Source: a virus (lineage: Duplodnaviria > Heunggongvirae > Uroviricota > Caudoviricetes). Taken from it: a DNA stretch of 64,000 nt. A program made the position numbers and the translations under genes. The notes under the pieces were generated by a model. That model saw nothing but the letters and a program-made list of their open reading frames with translations. It did not search any database and was not told the origin of the DNA. The DNA is taken from IMG/VR virus record IMGVR_UViG_3300037418_003103; one strand, 5' to 3'. Every line of letters begins with the position of its first letter. The first letter of the stretch is position 1. Of this stretch, positions 49,190 to 58,082 are shown piece by piece.

Positions 49190-49218
49190 AAAGGGGTGAA
49201 AATTTTTCACCCTTTTTT
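49190..49218 (+). terminator. Intrinsic terminator
   Basis: GGGTGAAA..TTTCACCC stem followed by TTTTTT. Confidence 0.8.
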
Positions 49219-49227
49219 ATTAAAAAG

Positions 49228-49258
49228 TTGGTATCAGTTCAAATAAGTGGTATCTTTA
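49228..49258 (+). promoter_or_regulatory. Putative early/host-type promoter TTGGTA-N17-TATCTTTA
   Basis: Shared architecture; 11 nt upstream of ATG 49270. Confidence 0.55.
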
Positions 49259-49269
49259 TATTATCCATA

Positions 49270-49373
49270 ATGAAAAGCCTTACTCCAAGACGACTGCTTA
49301 GAGTTGCTTAAATTTCAGCCTGAATAATTCGGTGGATATTGTGTTTACAACCCCACCCTAAGCTGAAAATTTA
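49270..49373 (+). pseudogene. Relic of an N4/N6 DNA methyltransferase 5' end
   Basis: Removing one A near 49323 gives MKSLLQDDCLELLKFQPDNSVDIVFTTPPK, matching the GDCLE.L..LPDNSVD.I.TSPPY N-terminus. Confidence 0.65.
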
Positions 49374-49402
49374 GTTATGAGATATAATCGACATAACTAA
49401 TT

Positions 49403-49993
49403 ATGAAAATACACTACTACACAGGGGCCAGACGATCTGGTAAATCAACAATAGGTAAATTTGTTGCTCATGATAAACCTAATTCACTCATTCTGACCCT
49501 CTATAAGAATCCGAACCTGGGTGAAAATGTCTGCTCATATGAAGCCTTTAAAAATCGTATACATGGAAATAGGTTTAAAAATCTAGTCCTAGACGAGTAT
49601 CAATTCCTTAGTTTAAAGGAAAAGCAGTGGCTTTATGTAAATTTATTTTTTATACCAGAATTAAAAAACATATATGTGTTTACAACTCCAAAGCATCAAT
49701 ATAGTAAAGATATTGTTGAATTTGTAATAGCCTGTAAGAAGGATGGGTTAAATTTACATGATACCTGTCACAAAATTGAAGAAAAATTCACATTTCCACT
49801 ACCCTTTATGTCCTTCGCTGCTCTATGCGAATCTGTCTCTTTCTTATATTGGGACTTATATACTGCTCCTGATTCTGATTACTTGGAAATTATTAGAGAT
49901 GACGCTAATTTTTTTACTAACGATAATATAAAGAACATTCCTAATGTGGATTATTATCATAAGACTGAGCTAACTGGTAAATTTACAATTTAA
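49403..49993 (+). CDS. P-loop NTPase-like protein
   Basis: YTGARRSGKST Walker A; LVLDE Walker B. Confidence 0.65.
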   Translation: MKIHYYTGARRSGKSTIGKFVAHDKPNSLILTLYKNPNLGENVCSYEAFKNRIHGNRFKNLVLDEYQFLSLKEKQWLYVNLFFIPELKNIYVFTTPKHQYSKDIVEFVIACKKDGLNLHDTCHKIEEKFTFPLPFMSFAALCESVSFLYWDLYTAPDSDYLEIIRDDANFFTNDNIKNIPNVDYYHKTELTGKFTI

Positions 49994-49998
49994 TAAAC

Positions 49999-50532
49999 AT
50001 GGCAGTATTAATAACACCTCCTAATAAAGTAGACTTTAATAAAGAGCATATTTACATCTTCTTAGCTGGAACAATAGAGATGGGAAATTCCAGGGATTGG
50101 CAAAGCATATTTTTTGATAAGATCCATGCGGTAGAACCTAGCGATAAGATCGTGGTCTTAAATCCAAGAAGGCCTGATTGGGATTCCAGCTGGGAGCAAT
50201 CAATTACTTGTAAACCATTTAAAGAACAAGTAGAGTGGGAGTTAAAAGGACTTGAATCGGCGGACATAATTGCATTGAATTTTGAGCCAAACACTCAAAG
50301 CCCTATTAGTCTATTAGAAATGGGTAGATTTGGAGGTAATAATCTCGCAGTTCATTGCCCTAAAGGGTTTGGTAGAAAGGGCAATGTTGATATTTTTTGC
50401 GAGCGGTACGGCATTAAACAAACTGAATCTCTTGACGAGTTAATCAGCTTGGTCATTAATGGAATAGATATTCTTAAAAATATAAAAGTTATTAAAAATT
50501 CGATAGCATCAAAGCTTGATACAAATTTATAA
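49999..50532 (+). CDS. Nucleoside 2-deoxyribosyltransferase-like protein
   Basis: IFLAGTI, DWQ, LNPRR, QVEWE, ADII, SPISLLEMG. Confidence 0.85.
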   Translation: MAVLITPPNKVDFNKEHIYIFLAGTIEMGNSRDWQSIFFDKIHAVEPSDKIVVLNPRRPDWDSSWEQSITCKPFKEQVEWELKGLESADIIALNFEPNTQSPISLLEMGRFGGNNLAVHCPKGFGRKGNVDIFCERYGIKQTESLDELISLVINGIDILKNIKVIKNSIASKLDTNL

Positions 50533-50534
50533 CA

Positions 50535-51017
50535 ATGAAAAAACTTATTTCTTTAATTTTTTTACTGCAGCTGTCAATCATAGCTAGTGCTCAGTATTTT
50601 GACGATAATAGACAATCAGGAATGTATCTCTCATCTGGTGTTGGATTCATTGAAAATGTAGGAGCGGTAACTTTTAATGCTGGAGCTAAAGTAAATCATT
50701 TATCCCTGACTCTGGCCCCTGTATTCGTTCTTAATTCTGGTTATACAAATAAACCATTTGTCATAGCAAATGTCGACTTGGGCTATCATGTTGGAAATTT
50801 TCTTAGGGTGTTTGGCTCTTATGGATGGCATGCTCAGGGAAAACAAGCGATGCTGGATGACCCTAGGGCCACAAGAGGCTTTAAATATGGCTACGGATTT
50901 ACACTATATAAAAAGATGACTTGGTCTAAAGATTTCTCATCAACATCCATTTTCCTAACGCTTCAAAAATCAGATAGGTTTATTATTCCGAGCATAGGAT
51001 TTTATAAAGTATTATAA
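50535..51017 (+). CDS. Secreted/outer-membrane beta-barrel-like protein
   Basis: Signal peptide MKKLISLIFLLQLSIIASA|Q; alternating Gly/aromatic beta-strands; ends SIGFYKVL. Confidence 0.6.
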   Translation: MKKLISLIFLLQLSIIASAQYFDDNRQSGMYLSSGVGFIENVGAVTFNAGAKVNHLSLTLAPVFVLNSGYTNKPFVIANVDLGYHVGNFLRVFGSYGWHAQGKQAMLDDPRATRGFKYGYGFTLYKKMTWSKDFSSTSIFLTLQKSDRFIIPSIGFYKVL

Positions 51018-51506
51018 CTTTTTTAATTCAGGCAGAATATCTTCATAGCTTGAACCAGGTTCAATATATACGTATGTGCTCGGACCTCTGAATACATCCT
51101 CTCCGTCAAAGCCATCACCTAGTATATAATCTGATGATTTAAAAATGATAAGATCTTGATCACGTCCTTCTTGATGAAACCAAGCAATATCCATTATTTC
51201 TTCCATAGCAGAATCAAACTCATTTTTATCTTTAAATGAATAACCGCTAATACCCCATTCAGGTTCTGAGTTCCAGTCGCCTGTATTAGGATCTTCTCTT
51301 GGTGGGTAAGGTACGTAAGAACCTCGTTCTAACCGTTCCTTATAATCAGCCATTGCTTCCTCTTCTGATCCGTACCAAGCCTGTAAATGGCCACTAAAAC
51401 CTCTTTTTAGGTCGGAATCAGGGTCCTCACTCCATCTAAGGAAAAATAGTGGTGGTTTTACTGACTCAAGTAATTTTTGTCTGGTTAGTATTTTAATTAA
51501 AGTCAT
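51012..51506 (-). CDS. Hypothetical acidic protein with propeptide-like N-terminus
   Basis: Starts LIKILTRQKLLES; ATGA overlap with the ParB-like gene. Confidence 0.6.
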   Translation of the reverse strand: MTLIKILTRQKLLESVKPPLFFLRWSEDPDSDLKRGFSGHLQAWYGSEEEAMADYKERLERGSYVPYPPREDPNTGDWNSEPEWGISGYSFKDKNEFDSAMEEIMDIAWFHQEGRDQDLIIFKSSDYILGDGFDGEDVFRGPSTYVYIEPGSSYEDILPELKKL

Positions 51507-52012
51507 TGTTTAAGTTGTTTAACTTGTTTAAAAATGCAACTATGAAAGTCATCATAACTAAGACCACCGCCGAGTGTTTTTATTGGGTTATCCTTTATTT
51601 CTAAATGAACGTTTAATGGCTTATTAAGTACCTTGGCTGCATAGTATCTATGATGACCATCGTCAATATAAAATTTACCCCTTTCATAGATAACATCTAT
51701 CGGCTCAGATAGATTTATTTTAGAAGCATAAGCCACCTTAGATAGTCCACTTCTCTCCTGCTCCCATTTTACACCTTTTAAGTCGTCATTCCATTTTATA
51801 TGAAGCTGAGATGGCATTAATGTTTTAATATCTTCATCGCTAAAACCAAATGCCGCCCTATCTAATGCCGCAATAGATATACCACCTGATCTCAGTAACT
51901 CTTCATCACTTTGATAGTGGCTAACCTCATCTATCATCTCCTGAGTTAATTTTAATACAGGGCATTTGATTAATGCCTCCCTAAGCAATATTTTTATTAA
52001 TTGTACCATCAT
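51503..52012 (-). CDS. ParB/Sulfiredoxin-like domain protein
   Basis: EPIDV...FYIDDGHHRYYAA; starts LIKILLREAL. Confidence 0.75.
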   Translation of the reverse strand: MMVQLIKILLREALIKCPVLKLTQEMIDEVSHYQSDEELLRSGGISIAALDRAAFGFSDEDIKTLMPSQLHIKWNDDLKGVKWEQERSGLSKVAYASKINLSEPIDVIYERGKFYIDDGHHRYYAAKVLNKPLNVHLEIKDNPIKTLGGGLSYDDFHSCIFKQVKQLKQ

Positions 52013-52014
52013 AT

Positions 52015-52021
52015 ATAAATA
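52015..52021 (-). promoter_or_regulatory. Putative late promoter TATTTAT (near-leaderless)
   Basis: 2 nt from the first ATG and 5 nt from the second. Confidence 0.55.
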
Positions 52022-52032
52022 TCATATCACGC

Positions 52033-52062
52033 AAAAAAGCCTTTCATTTCTGAAAGGCTTTT
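52033..52062 (-). terminator. Intrinsic terminator of the major capsid gene
   Basis: AAAAGCCTTTCA/TGAAAGGCTTTT stem with a T-run on the minus strand. Confidence 0.85.
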
Positions 52063-52083
52063 AAGTTTATGGTTTATAAGAGA

Positions 52084-53901
52084 TTATCTTAATTCATTCA
52101 TATTGAATGTTACAACGTTGTCTACACGAATGTGAGCATAAAATCTGTTATTAACAGTCTTTTTTGCGTATCTCGTCATGATCCCTTTAACAGGAGCAAA
52201 GTTGAACGGATTGTACATTGTTGGTGTAAGTTGCAAAGGCACATAAGGTGCGTAGATGTAACCAGTGTCCAACAGTGATTTACCTTTGTGACCGATGATC
52301 ATTGAGTATGCAGGAGCATATGGATCACGGTAAACTTGGTAACGTCCACCCAAAGAACCGATTCTTTCGATACCCATGTTATATTGGTCAGACTCAGGCT
52401 GAGCATCACTTACGTGAAAATACTCTAAGTCATCGAATATAGCAGAGATTTCAGAAGACACTACGATGAAGTTTGCACCACCACGTAGAGTTGATTTGTG
52501 AATCTGAGCACTTGCTTGGTTAACCTTAGTGATAAGGGTTTGGTTCCAGTCTTTTTGAGTATAAGGACTAGCAGCGCTAGAAGCTTTTCTCCATCCTGTC
52601 CAATCCCAACGAAGTTGCCATGCAGCAGCTTTACGCAAGTCTTTAAGAATTTCACGATCTATTTCAGCAGCAACCTGCTCAGAAAGCATCGCGGTCAATT
52701 CAGCCTCAGCGTCGATGTTATGGAAGGCAGAAACGTCTTGTGCTAACTCAGGTGACCAAGTAGCCCTTAATTTTCTTTCTTCAACACTTACTACAACTTC
52801 ATCCAATTTGAATGATACTTCACCCATTTCAGTTTCAAGTTCCAGAGAAGCGTATTCAGCCCAAGCAACTGTGAAAGTACGAGCAGTAGCAGTTACAGTT
52901 GAGTCCTGAATAGTGAATCCAGAAGCCCCAACATAACCGTCAAAAGTTGAAGTTCCGTTAGCAGCAACTGGGTGAGTCAAGTCAAGAGACAAGTAACAAG
53001 TACCAGTAGCATCGGTTAAGGAAGTGTAATCTACAATACCTTTACCGTATTGCTGAGTAACAAGCCTGAAAGGAACCTCTTTGTTAGCAGCTACGATTAC
53101 GTTTCCGTTAGGATCAGTAATAGCGGCATTAGCGATAACGTGAAGAGAAGCTAAGAAAGACTCAGTATCCATTTGGTTACCATTAGCGCCAGTCATAACT
53201 GCTTTATTGGTTGCGCCAGGAGTAAATCCAGTGATACCGATAATTACGCTTCTAACAGTTCCGTCATTAGATGCTGCTTGAGGAGCACCGTTAGCCATTG
53301 CGCTAAAAGAACCAGTTTCATCAAGGGCTAAAGCCTGATACCCACCAGTAACGATTGTAAGAGTACCTTTTGAGTTATCAAACATACCGTCATTGTAGAA
53401 AGTATCGTACAAGTTTTTACCCTGGAATACAGTTACGTCACAATCAGCGGATACGCATGAAGGAAGGCCACTTGATGCCATGCTCGTGTGAGCAGAATAA
53501 GTAGTTCCGTATGCACCACCAGCATTAGCGTAATCAGAACCTTGAGCACCAGCAGCGTCTACACGGCTAGAAGTTTGAGGAACGAAGAAGAACAGTTTGC
53601 CAATTGGCATGTTCATAGCTTGTACAGAAACGATATCGTTTGCAAGCAATTTAGAGAATACTCTACGTACAATCGGGAATACAACTGTTTCGAAAGAACC
53701 AGATGATTGAGTAGTAGTAGCTTCGGAAAGAATGCTAGTTGCTTGGTTTTCATACAACTGAGCGATATTCTCTTTAACGTGACCTTTAAGGCCGTCTAGG
53801 AAGCCTAGGCTATCCCATTTGGTCTGGGTCTGTTTACGGATTTCTTTCATATAGTTTAATCCTGTATTACCCACTTGACCTGATGTTAATAAATGTGACA
53901 T
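52084..53901 (-). CDS. Major capsid protein (T4 gp23-like)
   Basis: IVSVQAMNMPIG, RKLRATWSPELAQD, IDAEAEL, EIDREI, YAPYVPL, GIMTRY. Confidence 0.97.
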   Translation of the reverse strand: MSHLLTSGQVGNTGLNYMKEIRKQTQTKWDSLGFLDGLKGHVKENIAQLYENQATSILSEATTTQSSGSFETVVFPIVRRVFSKLLANDIVSVQAMNMPIGKLFFFVPQTSSRVDAAGAQGSDYANAGGAYGTTYSAHTSMASSGLPSCVSADCDVTVFQGKNLYDTFYNDGMFDNSKGTLTIVTGGYQALALDETGSFSAMANGAPQAASNDGTVRSVIIGITGFTPGATNKAVMTGANGNQMDTESFLASLHVIANAAITDPNGNVIVAANKEVPFRLVTQQYGKGIVDYTSLTDATGTCYLSLDLTHPVAANGTSTFDGYVGASGFTIQDSTVTATARTFTVAWAEYASLELETEMGEVSFKLDEVVVSVEERKLRATWSPELAQDVSAFHNIDAEAELTAMLSEQVAAEIDREILKDLRKAAAWQLRWDWTGWRKASSAASPYTQKDWNQTLITKVNQASAQIHKSTLRGGANFIVVSSEISAIFDDLEYFHVSDAQPESDQYNMGIERIGSLGGRYQVYRDPYAPAYSMIIGHKGKSLLDTGYIYAPYVPLQLTPTMYNPFNFAPVKGIMTRYAKKTVNNRFYAHIRVDNVVTFNMNELR

Positions 53902-53930
53902 TTTATTTTTTGGTTTTGGTTTTTTTTTTA

Positions 53931-55214
53931 TTATTTGTTTTCAACTCTTCTTATCAAATCCATGATGCGTTGAGTTGACGGGTCAACATATGCAGTAGCT
54001 TCGTTCAATTGTTTAGAGCTACTTGATGCTCCCTCTTTGATTAATTTATTTTCTATTGATTCTGAAATTGGTTTCCTTGCAGAAAGTTCATTCACAATAG
54101 TTTTATAGAGTTTTTTAGATTCCTTCAAATTAGAAACTTCTTCGTCAAATCTTTTAATGATATTTTTCTTTTCCTCTTTAGTCGTTGTTTGTTCCATGAA
54201 TAATTTAGTTACATAACTTAAATTAGCATTGAACACGACTGTTTCAGTCAACATTCCTCTGAATTTAGAAAGTGCCTTACGGAACTCTTCATTCTCGGTT
54301 TTAAGTTTATTAGATTCAGTTAATAATTTATTGTATTTAATCGCGCTTTCAGATACAATCTTTTTAGCTTTTTGTGATTCTGATAAGGAAGCACCTTGTC
54401 TTGCACCTGGGCCTTTAATTTTAGTAAGATCCCCGCCAGCTCTGTTTTGAGCTACACGGTTAGTTGCAATTTGTTCCTCAATCTCATCTTCAGGCTTTTC
54501 TTCTGTATCATCTTCTGCGCTAGGTTCATCAACCTTAGTTTCAGTTTCTTCAGGCGTGTCGTCGATAGCCTCGCCATCTTCTGCACCTGTTTCATCTTCA
54601 ACATCGTCGTCGCCTAATTCAATTTCATAGTCAACATCATCTTCTCCTGGTTCGTCTCCTACTTCTTCATAATCATCAAGATTAATTTCAGAGTCTTCTG
54701 CAGCGCTTGCTGCACCCTTAATAACATACTCTCCAGGTTCAGTGACATTCAAATGAATATCATCACCCACGATTTCGATTTCGTCATCGCCACTTAACTT
54801 TTTGTAAATAGCAATAACATCATCATCTGAAGCGGCTGTTAAGTCTAAGTCTTCTCCATCAAACGCATCTGCGTCCATTCCATCTTCTTGCCCGATTTCT
54901 GTGGCAACTTCTGTGGAGTCTCCTAAGCCATCATCTGTGACATCAACTTCTGTATCGCCATCACCATCTTTAACATCTATTGATGTTTCAGGGTCAGGTT
55001 CAGAGGTTGCATCAACATCTGGTTCAGCGTCATCATTTGTATCGATATCTTCTTCTTCGAAATCATCTTCTTTTAAAAGTGATTCCTTAACTAATTCATC
55101 AATTTCTTCTCTCGCAACCGAGCGAAGTATTTCTCTTGTATTAGCTTTTAAAGCCTCTTGAATTTTTTTAGCATCCAACATAGCTTCTTCAATTACTGAT
55201 TTTTTAACGTCCAT
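53931..55214 (-). CDS. Prohead core/scaffolding protein
   Basis: Lies between protease and capsid genes; long D/E-rich tract, coiled coil, many L/I-x-E sites. Confidence 0.8.
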   Translation of the reverse strand: MDVKKSVIEEAMLDAKKIQEALKANTREILRSVAREEIDELVKESLLKEDDFEEEDIDTNDDAEPDVDATSEPDPETSIDVKDGDGDTEVDVTDDGLGDSTEVATEIGQEDGMDADAFDGEDLDLTAASDDDVIAIYKKLSGDDEIEIVGDDIHLNVTEPGEYVIKGAASAAEDSEINLDDYEEVGDEPGEDDVDYEIELGDDDVEDETGAEDGEAIDDTPEETETKVDEPSAEDDTEEKPEDEIEEQIATNRVAQNRAGGDLTKIKGPGARQGASLSESQKAKKIVSESAIKYNKLLTESNKLKTENEEFRKALSKFRGMLTETVVFNANLSYVTKLFMEQTTTKEEKKNIIKRFDEEVSNLKESKKLYKTIVNELSARKPISESIENKLIKEGASSSSKQLNEATAYVDPSTQRIMDLIRRVENK

Positions 55215-55288
55215 TTTTTGGGTTTGTTTTGTTTTTATTATCTATCAAGATAATGCAGTCAATTAATTCTAATTTTATACTGCTCTAA

Positions 55289-55295
55289 ATAAATA
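55289..55295 (-). promoter_or_regulatory. Putative late promoter TATTTAT for scaffold and capsid genes
   Basis: Motif in the intergenic region, 74 nt upstream of the scaffold ATG. Confidence 0.5.
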
Positions 55296-55345
55296 TATAT
55301 GCTTTTTAAAAAAACCATTTTTTACATAAAAAAATATATAAATTA

Positions 55346-56065
55346 TTATATAATTGATAGGAATTTATCCAAATTTTCGTTTAATAAGTCGTTTGGTTTA
55401 ATTACACTCTCTGAAAATTGTTGTAAGGACTCTTGGTTTCCAACGATCCAAGAACCAGGAGTGCTTGGAGCCGTAACAACATCCCAACAAATTATTTCAA
55501 AATCCTCCTGAACTAACTGATGGCCGTTAGGCATTGCCTTAAGCGATCCAACGCCTCTAGAGGAAACGCCTATTGTAATTCTGTTCCTTAATAAATTAGC
55601 GATCATGTCTCCTTTTGTAGAAACAATTCCATGGGAAATATAACCAGGAGACATCAGTATCTCAAGTTTACCCATTAAGGTTGCTCCCTCCCACCATGTT
55701 GCAAGTATATTATGCGAGATTCTATCTAAATCAATGACGCTGGATTCTGGATGATTCGCTTCTCCGATAGCTCTACGTTCTTTTATTAATGATTGATATA
55801 CTTTATCTTGAGACTTTAATATATGCTCTGGATAAATTCTTCCATTTCTATTTAATACACCATATTTTTGTAAGACAGCATATACTATTAAGGGATCAGA
55901 TATAATACTCTTCCCTGAATCAAGTTTTTTGATTTCTGAAATAAATTCACTATTTCTTTTATCTTCTGGACTAATGAATCCAGCGTCGTATTCAATAAGT
56001 ATTCCTGTCCCTGTTTGGCCTGCTTTAAGAACTGATAAGCTAGAGATATTTTCTATTAAACTCAT
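55346..56065 (-). CDS. Prohead protease (T4 gp21-like)
   Basis: NRNGRIYP, GEANHP, ISH, GVSSRGVGS, DVVTAPSTP. Confidence 0.95.
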   Translation of the reverse strand: MSLIENISSLSVLKAGQTGTGILIEYDAGFISPEDKRNSEFISEIKKLDSGKSIISDPLIVYAVLQKYGVLNRNGRIYPEHILKSQDKVYQSLIKERRAIGEANHPESSVIDLDRISHNILATWWEGATLMGKLEILMSPGYISHGIVSTKGDMIANLLRNRITIGVSSRGVGSLKAMPNGHQLVQEDFEIICWDVVTAPSTPGSWIVGNQESLQQFSESVIKPNDLLNENLDKFLSII

Positions 56066-56083
56066 TTATTTTCGTAGTTATTA

Positions 56084-56090
56084 ATAAATA
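56084..56090 (-). promoter_or_regulatory. Putative late promoter TATTTAT
   Basis: Between a terminator and the protease ATG. Confidence 0.6.
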
Positions 56091-56101
56091 TGCTATATAA
56101 T

Positions 56102-56132
56102 AAAAAAAGCCGTATTCAGTAATAATACGGCT
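56102..56132 (-). terminator. Intrinsic terminator
   Basis: AGCCGTATT/AATACGGCT stem with a 7-T run on the minus strand. Confidence 0.85.
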
Positions 56133-56156
56133 ACAAATACTTTAATTAGAATGAGG

Positions 56157-56615
56157 TTATATACTATATTCTTTCTTTTTTTTGTGGAAGGAAAAATGTT
56201 TATTGGATTCAAGTGTGTTATCCACAATCAGCTTTGTCAATTCAATAATTTTATTTTTAGTAGCCTCAGATGTAATGATTATATCTGATTTAAGAAAAAG
56301 AGTTATTTCACAATTAATAAAACTTTTCTTACCAAATCTAATACCAGATTCACGCATGTCCAAATCAACAATTGTTCTTTCTTTAATAAAATCTATTTGG
56401 GTATTGTAAAGTTTGTTATAAATAAGTTGTTTTATTGATTTGGTTAAGTCTCTTATTAATTTATTGTAGTTAATTGCCTCATCTGAAACTGGCTTACCCC
56501 AACTTGAAATAGAAATGAACAATGATTTTGGGTTTCTATTAGTGAGACTTCCGAAGGCTATTTTGTAATTTTTGTATAGATCTAGTTTAATTTCTTTACC
56601 TGTTTTTTGATTCAT
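56157..56615 (-). CDS. Hypothetical basic protein
   Basis: 152 aa with its own promoter and terminator. Confidence 0.65.
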   Translation of the reverse strand: MNQKTGKEIKLDLYKNYKIAFGSLTNRNPKSLFISISSWGKPVSDEAINYNKLIRDLTKSIKQLIYNKLYNTQIDFIKERTIVDLDMRESGIRFGKKSFINCEITLFLKSDIIITSEATKNKIIELTKLIVDNTLESNKHFSFHKKKKEYSI

Positions 56616-56624
56616 TTTTTATTT

Positions 56625-56655
56625 TAAATATATATAAAATAAAATAAAGAGTCAA
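56625..56655 (-). promoter_or_regulatory. Putative early/host-type promoter TTGACT-N17-TATATTTA
   Basis: Both boxes identical to those of the helicase promoter. Confidence 0.6.
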
Positions 56656-56664
56656 GTGGTCTAA

Positions 56665-57000
56665 TTAATTAAAGTGTCCAAGAACAAGTGCTATAATACC
56701 AATAAGTATCTGTATAAAAGTTATAATAGCAATAGCAGCAACCCATCTATTTTTTTGCCTATATATTTCGTCCTTTGCATCTTTCATTTGCGTTGGTGAC
56801 CAAACTTCATTGACCTTATCAACCCATGTCTTATTCTCAAACATATTTTTTTCCATATTTTTAATATCTGAAAATTTTAAATTAATTTCATTAAATCTTG
56901 TATCGAAATCACTTCTCATTCTCTCATGATTTTCATTTAATCTAACCAGCTCCTGAAGTACCAATCTTGAATAACTGCTAAAACTCTCTTCCTGTTCCAA
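56665..57000 (-). CDS. Coiled-coil protein with C-terminal transmembrane helix
   Basis: C-terminal WVAAIAIITFIQILIGIIALVL. Confidence 0.6.
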   Translation of the reverse strand: MEQEESFSSYSRLVLQELVRLNENHERMRSDFDTRFNEINLKFSDIKNMEKNMFENKTWVDKVNEVWSPTQMKDAKDEIYRQKNRWVAAIAIITFIQILIGIIALVLGHFN

Positions 57001-57012
57001 TTTTTATATGTT

Positions 57013-57240
57013 TTAATTTTCTATTAATTTTGTAAGTTGATAAACAAGCCTTTCATAATTTTTTACTTTTGTTTCACAATTATCTTGTAAAAATATTTTA
57101 TCAGTATGTTCATGAACAAGCTCTATAATTTTGTCCTTGTCAATTGTTTCACTTCTAAAGGACATTCCCATGTCAAATTTATCAAGCAGATCTTTTAATT
57201 TTAAAATATTATCGCTTTTTTGTATTATTTGATTACTCAT
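57013..57240 (-). CDS. Hypothetical protein
   Basis: 75 aa; abuts the upstream stop. Confidence 0.55.
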   Translation of the reverse strand: MSNQIIQKSDNILKLKDLLDKFDMGMSFRSETIDKDKIIELVHEHTDKIFLQDNCETKVKNYERLVYQLTKLIEN

Positions 57241-58038
57241 TTAATTAGTTTCAAGTCCGTTTTTTAATTCAATTATTTTTGATATTTTTTCAATGAACTC
57301 ATCTTCATTTAAAACAGCCATTTTATCATTAAGTAATTTATCCTTTGCCTTTAGAAGCTTTTCTTTAGCTGTAAGATCTGATGAAGTCATTTTTGCATCG
57401 ATTAAACTAATGCATTCTCTAATCAATTCTTCATGAATTTCTTTCTTTTCTTCTGTATTAGAATCTAATATTGATTTAACAGCTTTCCTATTGGACTCAT
57501 CTAACGAACTATATTTATCATTAAACTTATCTACCATCATGTTTGCCAATAAACTCTGTGGCAAGTCCACGCTTTCATTAATCGTTTTGGTTTTGGCTTT
57601 TTTAATATGATTAACAACAACTTTTAGATCATTACTTAATTCAGTTAAATTTCTAGGCGTACGTTCGGTACAAATTAAATTTGAAAGAGATGTGTGCAAT
57701 TGTGCCATGTCGTAAGATTCAGTCATTATCTTATCCACGCCATTAATATTTTTAGATAATGATAAAAGCTTTTTATTCTCTTTTATAATGTCTTCTGGCT
57801 TAAATCTGCGCATTATATTTACATTCTCTGAAATAAAATTAACTGCAGAGCTAGCGTTATCATCAGTCATCTCTTCAATATTAGAGTATACAATAAACTG
57901 AGTCTTTAAAATTTCACTTTCTCTAATTGTTTTAATATACTCCTTGAACAGGTTTTTACTTTCACTGGCGTTTTTACAGCCAATACTCTCTGCAAGCAGA
58001 TTATAATAGGCGTTCTTTATTTTACCGAAATTTTTCAT
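57241..58038 (-). CDS. Hypothetical helical head-module protein
   Basis: Downstream of portal; late motif at 58051-58061; xxES sites. Confidence 0.65.
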   Translation of the reverse strand: MKNFGKIKNAYYNLLAESIGCKNASESKNLFKEYIKTIRESEILKTQFIVYSNIEEMTDDNASSAVNFISENVNIMRRFKPEDIIKENKKLLSLSKNINGVDKIMTESYDMAQLHTSLSNLICTERTPRNLTELSNDLKVVVNHIKKAKTKTINESVDLPQSLLANMMVDKFNDKYSSLDESNRKAVKSILDSNTEEKKEIHEELIRECISLIDAKMTSSDLTAKEKLLKAKDKLLNDKMAVLNEDEFIEKISKIIELKNGLETN

Positions 58039-58050
58039 TAGAGTTATTTA

Positions 58051-58061
58051 ATAAATAAATA
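58051..58061 (-). promoter_or_regulatory. Putative late promoter (two overlapping TATTTAT)
   Basis: 12 nt upstream of ATG 58038. Confidence 0.55.
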
Positions 58062-58082
58062 TTCAGTTTATTTAAAAAATAT

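Noticed and set aside
54480-55080. tca/tct-rich quasi-repeat DNA
   Set aside because: Explained by the Asp/Glu-rich scaffold coding sequence.
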